A stretch of 63,667 bases of DNA, counting the filler, from Octopus bimaculoides (lineage: Eukaryota), in the NCBI RefSeq assembly GCF_001194135.2. It is 6 parts of 5 records of this genome, joined end to end, with 100 filler letters (N's around TTAATTAATTAA, not from the genome) between each part and the next. Parts side by side here need not be neighbours in the genome. Positions count along the whole stretch, not along the records: positions 47,689 to 61,098 come from NC_069005.1; positions 61,199 to 63,667 come from NC_068981.1; 4 more parts are not named here. One strand, given 5' to 3'. Shown piece by piece: positions 50,529-62,289 of the stretch. Each line of letters starts with the position of its first letter. Position 1 is the stretch's first letter. The translations under genes and the position numbers were made by a program. Under the pieces are notes generated by a model. It was not told the DNA's origin. It searched no databases and saw only the letters and a list, made by a program, of their open reading frames with translations.

Positions 50529-53500
50529 AATCAACCTGCAAGTTGCAATCATATCGTCTAAAAGCCCACATCCAGGAGCAAAATTTAAAATTACAGGAGC
50601 ATCTAGCATCAAAGAATGACCAATCTCATCCAGGGAAACCACAAAACAAGAATGGGTCAGCGATGCCAACAGAGAAAGAGGTCACTCTGTCCTCAGGTCA
50701 AGACATGAAAACCCGCGTGCAAGCCGACGTGCACATCTACTCCACAACCCCTACTCGGCATCTGCTCAGTGTTTCAACCCCACGTCGGAAATATTCCCAG
50801 TCCGAGGCAAATATAAATTTAAACCTGGAACGTACTGCGTCATCATCTCTGTTGCCTGTCATTGCTGAGAAACAGCGGCAGAGAGCAGCCTCGATCTCAT
50901 CTCCTGTTGAATCCCCAAAAGAGAAGCGACAAAGCCCTCCTTCAGCTTCTGTCTCTGTTGTTGTTCATGATGAAAATACTAAGAATTACAACACAAACAA
51001 TAATAATGTTCATGGTGCCATGAAATCTGCAGACAGTGAATTGAACAGTTCAAAACCTTCATCGCCCGTCAATTCAGAATCTAGCAGTGCTCAGACGTCG
51101 GAACTGTTCGATGAAGATGACATTGCAGAAGTCCTTGATCGATCACCCTCACCACCACCACATCCACTGTCACCACCTCCACCCACGCCACCGAAAGGAT
51201 GTGAAAAGGCAGTTAGCAGAGCACCAATTGCTACTAATGTAGCCGCCGCTAAGAGCGATGAAGCAAATGCAGTAATGAGCAGTAGCAATGATAAAATTAA
51301 TCAAGGTGATGATAAAGATGTCCCAGAACCACCAACAATAACTTTCTCAGGAGCGGAGCCCGTACAGCAATCAACCACGACACAGGGTGAGATATGGACA
51401 TCAAAATCTCAGTGTCTTCCCACAGCCCCATCTGGTGTGAGTTTTGATTTCCATAGAACAAAACCTTATTTCGAACCTATTTCGGAAAACTCTAGCATCA
51501 TCAGTGAGGAGGCACATTCAAAAGGTCTCCAGTCAACGACTTTATACAAAACCAAACCCTTGTACATGCGCTCCGAATCCTTCCTCCAAGCAGTGTCTTC
51601 CAGTTCTGCTTATGGAAGCACTGCTAAACCAGTCAGCAAGTTCAAATTGCTGTCCAAAACCTTAATGTCTTTCAGCTGGTTAAAGAACAAGACGCTGCAG
51701 CCCAATTCCTCTTTTTCTCACCGTTTTGAATCCGCAGACAATTCCCCAAAGACATCGATGATTCCCATGTTTAGTCGCAAGAATAAACCAGAAGAAAAAC
51801 CAGAAGAAGATCAGTCCAAATATACGCTAACGACGCCATCAGTATCTCAGTCTCGGCGTAAGAGTGTCACATTTAAACCGGATGATAGCCTGATGCCTGA
51901 GAAGGATGACGATGACTCAGAGGAAAAATCTAAGGAAGGAAACGACACGGTAACGATTTCAGAATCAGTCACGCTCTCTTCGACAAACTCAGTTACTTCG
52001 TTACTCAGTCAAAACAAGTCCGACGAGAAAGATCATAACACACTGACAGGAATTGCAAACCTGGGGGCTGATTTCACTGATGAATCTTCTGTAAAACCTC
52101 CAAAAGAGAATCAGAAAATCGATGGAAAGGATAAGGAGAAGTCGGTTGACGTCAAGAGGAAAAATGAAAATTACACTGACCACCACATTGAAGAAAGGCA
52201 AACAGAGAACAGCACTCCCCTCTATCAGTCAGAAAACACAGATAAACAGAAACCACAGCGTGAAAATACACCAGTCTCTTTACGGAAACTTCCACTTCCA
52301 CCATCACATTTGTCTAAGATTGCAGCTGCTACAGACAAAAAAAAGGGCCCTCCTCAGAATCCATTGATCTCCCAACCTCTTGCTGTATTATCTAAAAGCA
52401 AATCACCACCTTTCCCTCCACCACCACCGCCACCTGCAGCAGCAACAGCAGCCCCATCACCACCACCACCACCACCACCACCACCACCGGCGCCTCCTCT
52501 GCCTTCATCCACTGCGAAGACAAATCTAGCAAGTCCTTCCACAAATTGCCTTAAAAATGCCGACAGTGAGACACCCAATAAGAATTCCCAGTCAAAGTCA
52601 TCATCCCCTGAAGCTCAGACTCAGAAACGTCCGTCCCTCATCACCAATGAACTATTGGCCTCTCACGATATCATAAAACGTTTACGCAACCAAGCAGAAA
52701 AGCACATGGTGGAGTCGTCTACAGAGAACATGGACCTGAGCGACCAGATCAGCATTGATACGACAACTGGAACCTACCTTCAAAGTGATGAAGACAAATC
52801 TGTCTCCGAATGTGTCCAGGACTCTCTATTGTTGTCCAGTTTTAATCGAATGTATCGCAGTGTTTCAGACGAATCCATTTTCTCACACATTGGCAGTGAA
52901 ACCAAAGAGATGCCACCTAGTCTCTCTAAAGCTACGGATGATCTAACCATGGCTGGTTTTTCTGATATAAACCGAAGTCTCTTTTGGCCCAATCTGAAAA
53001 ATGCTCGGCAAGGAACTCGGTCGGCAAATGACCTTCATTTGATTGCTTATGTTCCGCCGATAGCATCACGAACCATTCCAGTACAGAAAGTTAAGGCTCT
53101 CCAAGCGACATCTCCGGATAGAAATGTCAACAAACCTGAATCTCTAGAGTATGAAACTAGTAAAAAACTTGAAGAAAATGATGAAAAAGATCAAGATGAT
53201 ATCAGCGATTCGTCATCAACAGATTCTTTGAAATGTTTGAAAATTCTTAAGAAAATCGAACAGGAATCTGATAAAGAAAAAGTAGAACGGTTACGACAAG
53301 AACTCATGGATGTCGACACGCTTCGAACGTCCCCGCTTTTTATACGGAAATTGGAGAAAGAACTGTTAGCGAGGAAAAGATCGGCTGAGAAAGTCGAAAA
53401 GCCTATAATGGCAAGCGTTCGGACTGTAGAAGGTCCAGAGAAGGTTTTACCACAAAAATCCATGTTTAACATTGATGATGGTTCACCAAGGTCTCTGAAG

Positions 53501-53698
53501 AAATTCCTTACCGAGGTTATAGCAGAGAGGCAGGATATTGCCAAATCTGCTGTTACATCCTCACCTTCATCACCATTTGCAACGGCACCTCAGTCACCAT
53601 CCTACACATCATCACCAGCAAGAACAGACAACACGATTAATTCCGGCCAGACTGGCCATGGTATAAATGCCATTATTGATGTGAAGACAATTGTTTGA
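50529..53698 (+). CDS. Giant last coding exon (about 1056 aa): Ser/Pro/Glu/Lys-rich, predicted disordered cytoplasmic tail of the same GPCR-like protein, ending ...IIDVKTIV*
   Basis: About 3.17 kb stop-free, non-microsatellite ORF in an otherwise stop-rich genome. Acceptor atctttttctctctgcag|aa is phase 1, giving the join ...SVCEK-E-STCKLQSYRLKAH. Stop TGA at 53696-53698. Confidence 0.85.
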
Positions 53699-54654
53699 AA
53701 ACAACCATTTCCGGTATCTGTGTTCTTTAGGAGAGGTAAGATATCTAAAAAAACATTATTATTATTTTTTTTTTTTTTGTCATTTTTTTAAAACCTGATA
53801 ATTAACAATGTTATATAATTATTATTTCTAATTAGTGGAGGTTGTTCCTTGTACTAACTGAAATAGTTAAAAAAAAAACAATATCAATCATTTCCTCGCC
53901 CTATAATTATTTCTAATTAGCTTTCTAATGCTTACTATATTAAATATGCTAACACTAACTTAACTATTGTTTTTTCCTCCTCTCCCTCCCTCCCTCCTCC
54001 TCCTCCTCCTCCTCCTCCTCATCATCATCACCGTCGTTGTCATCATTATCGTTGTTGTTGTTGTTATCATCATCATCATTATCATTCTCATTATTATCGT
54101 CATCATCATTGTCGACATCATCATCATCATCATCATCATCATTACAATCGTCATCATCACCATTTAAGGCATCTTCCATGCTGGCATGGGTTGAACAGTT
54201 TGACAGGTTCCAGTGAATCTGCAGGGCTATAATGCTGAGCTCCAGTGTCAGCTTCGAAAATGAGATCCTGATTGGACACCCACATCATCATCATCATCAT
54301 CATCATCATGGTTCACATCATCATCACCAACTTCATCACCACCATCATCATCATCATCATCATTGTCGTCGTCATCACAAAATTTTAATTTTTTTTTTTT
54401 TTGCCTGGTCAGTGTTATTTCAAATTTGCTTCTATCTAGAAATCAAAAGAAATTACTACTGTCCCCTTTAAGCTTTGCTTTTGTGACCTGGACATCAATG
54501 TTTTGAAACAGACCTCATTTCCATTACACATCAAACAGATTCAGCACTGAGTTGCTGAAGCAGAAATATCCTTATAGCAAATATTCTGCTCAAACCTCGA
54601 ATTTGCTTGTTGTCTTTGGTCAGTAAGTGTTATTTTCTATCTGCTTCTATCTAG

Positions 54655-55170
54655 AAATCAAGGAGGAATTTGAACTTGGAACAGACGAAATGCTGCAAAG
54701 CATTTTGCCCCACATGTCAACAATTCTGCCAACTCAACACCCCAATAATAATTCAGAAATAATAATGATAATAATAATCCATTCTTCTAAAGGCACAAGA
54801 CCTGAAATTTTGGGGAAGGGTCGATTACATCATCCCCAGTATTTCACTGGTACTTAATTTATCGACCCCTGAAAGAATGAAAGGCAAAGCCGACTTCGGC
54901 AGAATTTGAACTCGGAAGATAGCGACAGGTGAAATACCGCTAAACATCTCATCCAGCGTGCTAATGATTCTGCCAGCTCCAAGGCCTGAAATTTGTGGGG
55001 AGGGGACTAGTCAATCGCATCGACCCCAGTATTTCACTCGTACTTAATTTATCGACCCCCGAAAGAATGAAAGGCAAAGTCGACCTTAGCAGAATTTGAA
55101 CTCGGAACATAGCGACGGGTGAAATACCGCTAAACATCTCATCCAGCGTGCTAATGATTCTGCCAGCTTG
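54655..55170 (-). mobile_element. Tandem array of three SINE family B copies
   Basis: The unit atcgaccccnnaagaatgaaaggcaaag..gac..gcagaatttgaactcggaa..ataccgctaaacatctcatccagcgtgctaatgattctgccagct occurs twice, preceded by a partial head. Confidence 0.85.
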
Positions 55171-55184
55171 ACAATAAATATTCT

Positions 55185-55623
55185 GCGCAATACCACAGAT
55201 TTGCTTGTCAGTTGTTTGACCTTAACTAGTTGAGATGTCTTTTAGTAGCTGACAATATGTGCTTCTCTGATCAGGAGCAGAAGTAGTTGGGGAATATCAC
55301 AGCCATATGTTGAGAGGAATTCTTAGCGATTTGAATAATTCACCTCAGGAAACACAGGTGTTTCGTTCATCGTCTTTAAACAAGCATTATTCAGGGACCT
55401 TTTGAGCGGAATGGGCTACTCGACCTGAAGAAAATTCTAACTGGGCCCCACCTGCGAGGTCATGCGCTGTTTATCTTGATATGAGATCACCATTTCGCAT
55501 ACATATGGTTGTGATGCATGTGCCTGGTGTACCTGTATCAGATGGGTAGTCTAGAGGGGTATACTGGGCTTCTTATATTCTACCCCAGTGTCACTTTGAT
55601 GGCATGCACTGCTCTCTCACTCG

Positions 55624-55678
<55 letters not shown>

Positions 55679-55690
55679 TAATAATGATAA
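55185..55690 (+). mobile_element. Probable LINE 3'-end fragment with a (TAA)n tail
   Basis: Complex sequence ending tgcactgctctctcactc directly followed by a long (TAA)n tract. Family not determined. Confidence 0.35.
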
Positions 55691-56439
55691 TGATATATTA
55701 AAAAGACCTATCAGAGTTGGCATAGCTGTGTACTTGTATGTCAACGTGAATCAATGATGTTAATTGGAAGATCAATACTATGAAATTGGCTGCACCTCGT
55801 CAATAATAAAAGATGACATCCAACCGAGTGATTTTATTTATAGCCTATTCTCTTATTTGTTCTACAATAATAAAGGGTGTTGTTGTTGTTCTTCTTCTTC
55901 TTGTTATTGTTGTTGTTACTGTTTAGCCACAACCTGCTCAGCCAGAGCAGAGATTATCCCATTTTTCGTTTTTTTTTGTTTTTTCTTTTGTCAGACTTAG
56001 TGACTAAGGGCCACAGTATCCGATGTCCCCCCTTTCATTCTTAAGACAGTAGGGTGCAATTTGAGGATAATTTAACTGATATTTCTCACAGACCAAGCAA
56101 CCACCTTTAGGCAGGCTGCCTGCTGCCTTGTTAATGATGTTGTGTTTGTGTTAAGAGTACATCCGACAGGATGGTTTGTTGCAAGGGGTGGGTAGTCGGG
56201 TGACAAGTCTGGTGTAAATTTAGACATGAAGGCCATACTGCTGCGTGACTCAATTAAATTACACACTTCAGTGCATAGAGTGCAGTTCATTTGTTGTACA
56301 CCTGAGCACTGTATACAACAAACTCAGCAGCACACCTGCGCCTGTCCTCGTTTTTGATCCCTCCTCTCTCTCTCTCTCTCTCTCTCTCATACTCTCTCTC
56401 ACTCACTCTCATACTCTCTCACTCACTCTCATACTCTCT

Positions 56440-56885
56440 CTCTCTCTCTGGATAACCATGTACCTCCTCTACAACAAGGCACCTGTTTCTGCCTCTCTGT
56501 CACATTCTAACCTTTCACCATCTGACACAAGATCCCCCTCCTCCAATACCCCCTCATCTCTCAAAATTCCTTGTTTTGCACATTACTTGGTGACCCTGCC
56601 AGTGTTGGTGCCACTTAAAAAGCATCCAGTTCACACTGTAAAGTAGTTGGCATTTGGAAGGGCATCCAGCTGTAAAATCCATGCCAAAACTGACCTTGCC
56701 AGTGCTTGTGCCACATAAAAAGCACTAAGTCCACTCTGCTGAGTGGTTGGTGTTAGGAAGGGCATCTAGCTGTAAAAATCCTGCCAAAACAGTTACAGAA
56801 GTCTGGTGCAGGCTTCTGTTCGGCTGGCTCTTGTGAAACCATCTCACCGCCAGCATGGAAGGCAGACATTAAACAATGATGATGA

Positions 56886-56890
<5 letters not shown>
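56440..56890 (+). mobile_element. Repeat family E copy
   Basis: ggttggtgttaggaagggcatctagctgtaaaa...ccagcatggaaggcagacattaaacaatgatgatgatgat. Confidence 0.65.
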
Positions 56891-56928
<38 letters not shown>

Positions 56929-57399
56929 AGCACATGCACAAACAAATATATACGTACCAGCATATACATGCATAATTATATATAATAATCGATGGAGGAA
57001 ACGGAAAACAGATTTAACGAGTCTTTTTATTAGTTTGATAATTATTTCAACCCATCCTGCAAATGTCCATTATGGGTAGGATATTGTGCATATCTAATTG
57101 TGTTGCATCAATCTGTGCAGTTTGTGTCATATCAGGTACATGCATAAAAAAGGGGATGTCCCTTTAGATATACTGGGTTCTACCAGGCATGTTGTTCATG
57201 CCCACTGTATTTTGGTGATAACAGGCTAGTTTCCTTCCTTGATTATTAACTCAATGAACACTGCAGAATTCCTGAGGTAGATCCAGGGGAAATGTATCCT
57301 AACTGCGGATAACACCAGGTAGCCTAAACTGTGGATGTGCTTTACTCAACACACTAATTGACATATACCCATTAGTCCCAAAAAATCACACACACACAC

Positions 57400-57620
57400 T
57401 CTTTTATTCTTTACTTGTTCCGGTCATTTGACTGCGGCCATGCTGGAGCACCGCCTTTAGTCGAGCAAATCGACCCCAGGACTTATTCTTTGTAAGCCTA
57501 GTACTTATTCTATCGGTCTCTTTTTTGCTGAACTGCTAAGTTACGGGGACGTAAACACACCACCATCGGTTGTCAAGCGATGTTGGGGGGACAAACACAG
57601 AGACACAAACATATACACAC

Positions 57621-57671
<51 letters not shown>

Positions 57672-58105
57672 NNNNNNNNNNNNNNNNNNNNNNNNNNNNN
57701 NNNNNNNNNNNNNNNNNNNNNNNNNNNNNNNNNNNNNNNNNNNNNNNNNNNNNNNNNNNNNNNNNNNNNNNNNNNNNNNNNNNNNNNNNNNNNNNNNNNN
57801 NNNNNNNNNNNNNNNNNNNNNNNNNNNNNNNNNNNNNNNNNNNNNNNNNNNNNNNNNNNNNNNNNNNNNNNNNNNNNNNNNNNNNNNNNNNNNNNNNNNN
57901 NNNNNNNNNNNNNNGTTTATATATATATATATATATATATACGACAGGCTTCTTTCAGTTTCTGTCTACCAAATCCACTCACAAGGCTTTGGTCAGCCCG
58001 AGGCTATAGTAGAAGACACTTGCCCAAGGTGTCATGTAGTGGGACTGAACCCAGAACCATGTGGTTGGTAAGCGAGCTACTTACTACACAGCCACTGCTG
58101 CGCCT
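57400..58105 (-). mobile_element. SINE family A copy spanning an N gap in its internal microsatellite
   Basis: Tail at 57400-57610, (CA)(TA)n, gap, then body and head at 57940-58105. Confidence 0.85.
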
Positions 58106-58444
58106 ATATAGCCATACATGTATGTATTTTATTATTTCAATTCTTTGCAGTATTTTCTCAGTCTCTCTCATCTTTCCTGACAACAAATACAATAATTTTT
58201 TTTTTTTGCATAATTATTTTTATCCCATTCTGATGATGGAAAGAAACAAAAAAAGAAAGAAAGACACACATCAAAGTATTTGTAAAGAAAACAAATCCTG
58301 CTTTTAGTTCCCTCCCACCATAAAACAAATGATTAACAACTGACAAAAGGACTACTTCGTTAGGCTTTTGTTTGCTTTCTTATTACTCTTTGTGTGTGTG
58401 TCTGGTATTGTTTATTTATTGCTTTGTACATTTGTTTCTCAGTT

Positions 58445-58710
58445 CAATTCTTGCAAAGCTCAACTTTCATCACCATCGTCGTCGTCGTCATTGTTATCGT
58501 CATCACCACCACCACCACCACCACCATCCTCACCACCACCACCACTATCATCATCATCACCACCACCACTATCATCATCATCACCATTACCATCACCACC
58601 ATCCTCACCACCACCACCATCCTCATCATCACCACCACCACCAACACTATCATCATCATCATCATCATCACCACCACCATCGTCATCACCACCACCACCA
58701 TCATCATCCT
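58445..58710. repeat. (CAC/CAT)n trinucleotide tract
   Basis: Direct inspection. Confidence 0.95.
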
Positions 58711-58999
58711 CAACTTTCTCTATGTTTGCGTGACCAGCCCAGGGTCTTACAGAGACGAGTTGTGTCCACAAGGGCGCAGTGAGTATGGAAGAAAACAAGC
58801 GAGCAAGGCAAGTGGTGCATGAATGTGGCAGAGTTAGCATTTTGTGTGCATGAACCATGCGTGCGCAAGACCAGGCGCTGAAGAAAGGTGCATGCGTGTG
58901 TATATGCAACAATACGTTTTCAAAGTGAAAGAGAAATATATATATATATATATATATACATGCAAAATGTGAATAATAATATAGAACATTCAAAAAAAA

Positions 59000-59295
59000 A
59001 GATATGTAACGGAACGGCCTGCTCGTGAAATTAACGTGCAAGTGGCTGAGCACTCCACAGACACGTGTACCCTTAACATACTTCTCGGGGATATTCAGTG
59101 TGACAGTGTGACAAGGCTGACCCTTTGAATTACAGGCACACCATAAGCAGGAAGTAAGAGTGAGAGAAAGTTGTGGTGAAAGAGTACAGCAGGGTTCGCC
59201 ACCATCCCCTGCCGGAGCCTCGTAGAACACAACACCCGGTCTGGGAATCGAAACCGCGAGTCCGCTGCCCTAACCACTGGGCCATTGCGACTCCA
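59000..59295 (-). mobile_element. SINE family C copy (CpG-rich, young-looking)
   Basis: Reverse complement of the 27506 copy, ending cgcgagtccgctgccctaaccactgggccattgcg. Confidence 0.85.
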
Positions 59296-60749
59296 GTTGT
59301 ACCGATAAAAGGTTTTAATTGATGTAGCGATGTGTGTTATGGTGCAACGTCATGATCGCCAGTTTGTAACAATAAAAGTTTTTAGGTGAAGTCAAGGGTC
59401 ACCAATTTGTAACAGTTAGATTTTAATTAGTGTATTTACCAATTGTAACTGGTAAGATTTGTTAGGTACACAATATTATGAAATGTCGGAGTCAGCAGAT
59501 GTGACGATAAAAAATTGTTGTTATAACGACATGTTGTAGGATGCGAAAGATGAACAATACATGAAGTTTTAAGGAAATATTTATTTACCGTTACATTACA
59601 ATACCTTGCCTCGGCGGGCAGGTTATGATAGATCCCAAAGCATGCGAAGTAAAGTTTGTGTTTGTGTTCTCTTCATTGTTTAGTAGTAATTACAGAGAGA
59701 TAGAATGATGTAAGAGAATAGAATTAGAACTAGTGAGAGTTGTAGGGTTGTGGGACGTTGTCTCACAGTTGCTGACAGTAAACTTCATTTCTCCCTCTGA
59801 CCAAGAAGGTTCTATTTCGGCCTAGCTAAAGGCATCTGGGAAATGTAAGACTGCTGTAACAGAAAAAAAAACATTGTTCCACCGTGGTAAAAGTTGTTGC
59901 AGTGTTAATTTAAATATGGCCATGGTGGATCGAATCCACTTCAGGCATGCAAGATCCACTACATATAAATATTTTAAAATGTAACTACATGTGGATTGTT
60001 GGCGATTTATTTCTTCCATCTTCCTTTTCTTTTAGACTTTCCTGTCTCCTATTTGTACTCAAAACGCAAAACACCCTTTCTCTCCTCTGAGTGTCTTATT
60101 AATGCTTTGCCCATGTCCTTGTGTTGTTCTTTTTCTTGTCTTTTTCTCCATTTTTTTTATCAACTATATATACATATATATATATAATATACACACACAG
60201 ACACACATTAATTGATTATAAAGTCAATGTTTATCAAAGCATATTTTGCTTTCAAAATTCAATAGAATCTACAGACAGCATTTAATATTTTTATGAACAC
60301 CTATCTGCAAACTGATGACTGTTCTGGTCCAGACACTGTTGATAATGTGAAGTAAAGCAATTGCAAATATCAAGAAACATTTCATTTGCTATTTGTGTCC
60401 ATTCTTGTTCAATAGCTGCTTTCAGTTAGTCAACTGTTGTCTCTTTTGTACCATAAACTTTATCTTTTAAGTATCCGCTGCACGAAAAATAAACTAAGTG
60501 ATATGATGTCTAATGAATACAGAACATCCAATCCACTTGTTTGGCAAAATCTCATCGAGGTTGGCCCTTACATTGTTATGGTAGTGTGTGTTGGGGGCAG
60601 CCCCTGTTAGATAGTTAGGTACTTTATGGTGTGCAGCCTCAACCTCAAATAAATAAATGTAGAGAGGAGTGTTAACCTTCAGATGTTAATTAAAGCATGA
60701 GGACAATTAATTGAGCATTTGGTTGCCCTAGCCCTGTGTGTGCATATAA

Positions 60750-61080
60750 GGTCGACCTTGGCAGAATTTGAACTCAGAACGTAGTGACAGGCAAAATACT
60801 GCTAAGCATTTCGTCCAGTGCGCTATGGATTCTGCCAGCTCACCGCATCAATAATAATAATAATAATCCTTTCTACAATAGGCCTGAAATTTTGGTGTTG
60901 CGGGGGCGGGGGGGCAGTCAATTAGATCAACCCCAGTACACAACTGGTACTCAATTTATCGACCCCGAAAGTATGAAAGGCACAGTCGACCTCAGTGGAA
61001 CTTGAATTCAGAATGTAGTGATGGGCAAAATACTGCTAAGTATTTCATCCAACTTACTAAGGATTCTGCCAGCACACCAC
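60750..61080 (-). mobile_element. Two head-to-tail SINE family B copies separated by (TAA)n
   Basis: gtcgacct..g..gaa.ttgaa.tcagaa.gtagtga..ggcaaaatactgctaag occurs twice. Confidence 0.8.
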
Positions 61081-61098
61081 ATTGATGATGATGATGAT

Positions 61099-61198
61099 NN
61101 NNNNNNNNNNNNNNNNNNNNNNNNNNNNNNNNNNNNNNNNNNTTAATTAATTAANNNNNNNNNNNNNNNNNNNNNNNNNNNNNNNNNNNNNNNNNNNN
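61099..61198. other. Assembly join pad
   Basis: N44-TTAATTAATTAA-N44. Confidence 0.9.
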
Positions 61199-61221
61199 TA
61201 TATATATATATATATATATGG

Positions 61222-61286
<65 letters not shown>

Positions 61287-61334
61287 TAGAGAGAGAGAGA
61301 TAAAATACTGTCACAACCCTATTTTGTCTTTCAG

Positions 61335-61470
61335 GTACCCAAAAATTGTAACTGATGAATCGATGAAGATCTTCATGGCATTAATGTTTTTCAGTCTTTT
61401 CTTCTTTGTCTTTATTTTTATAGACTCTTTGTCTTTGTAATCCAGTCATAATAAACAGTCGAACACTTGA
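61335..61470 (+). other. Candidate terminal (3'UTR) exon of the GPCR-like gene
   Basis: Good acceptor ctattttgtctttcag|gtac at 61334/61335 and AATAAA at 61450-61455. It would pair with the donor GAG|GTAAGA at 53735/53736. It lies beyond a join pad, so adjacency is uncertain. Confidence 0.3.
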
Positions 61471-62252
61471 GATGTGTACTAAACAAAACATGAATATTGA
61501 TTATAGAATATTGACTACCTTTTTGTCATGCTCTGCTGAAATGGCCTACTAACATAATGACGTCAATTATAAGAAGTCTCTATCTGTCTCTTTATATCTC
61601 TCTCTCCCCCCCCCTCATTCTCTTTTTCTCTCTATCTCTTCCTCCCTCGTTGCTCACACGCGACCATCGTGCATCTTTCTTTTCCTCACGTGACCATCTT
61701 TCTTATCCTGCACGGACATCCTTTTTCTATCTCTCTTCTATAACTTGACCTTACAAAAAAAAACGCTTCTCACAGCGTTCAGTATTTTCCTCTCGTTCAT
61801 GTCTAACGAGCCTCCATATTTGCTTTTATTCATTTTGTATGTCTCTAATGGGAGCATCTGTCTTTGAAGACTCATATTGTCATTAAATGCTAGACAACGG
61901 AGGAAGTACTTGTCCTGTTTNNNNNNNNNNNNNNNNNNNNNNNNNNNNNNNNNNNNNNNNNNNNNNNNNNNNNNNNNNNNNNNNNNNNNNNNNNNNNNNN
62001 NNNNNNNNNNNNNNNNNNNNNNNNNNNNNNNNNNNNNNNNNNNNNNNNNNNNNNNNNNNNNNNNNNNNNNNNNNNNNNNNNNNNNNNNNNNNNNNNNNNN
62101 NNNNNNNNNNNNNNNNNNNNNNNNNNNNNNNNNNNNNNNNNNNNNNNNNNNNNNNNNNNNNNNNNNNNNNNNNNNNNNNNNNNNNNNNNNNNNNNNNNNN
62201 NNNNNNNNNNNNNNNNNNNNNNNNNNNNNNNNNNNNATATATATATATATGC

Positions 62253-62289
<37 letters not shown>

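Noticed and set aside
52620-52700. WH2-like actin-binding motif after the poly-Pro (NELLASHDIIKRLRN)
   Set aside because: Only a loose resemblance and no clear LKKT/LRxV motif. It would need a profile search.
58368-58822. Poly-His, poly-Pro/Ser and poly-Thr ORFs
   Set aside because: (CAC/CAT)n tract with no splice or codon support.
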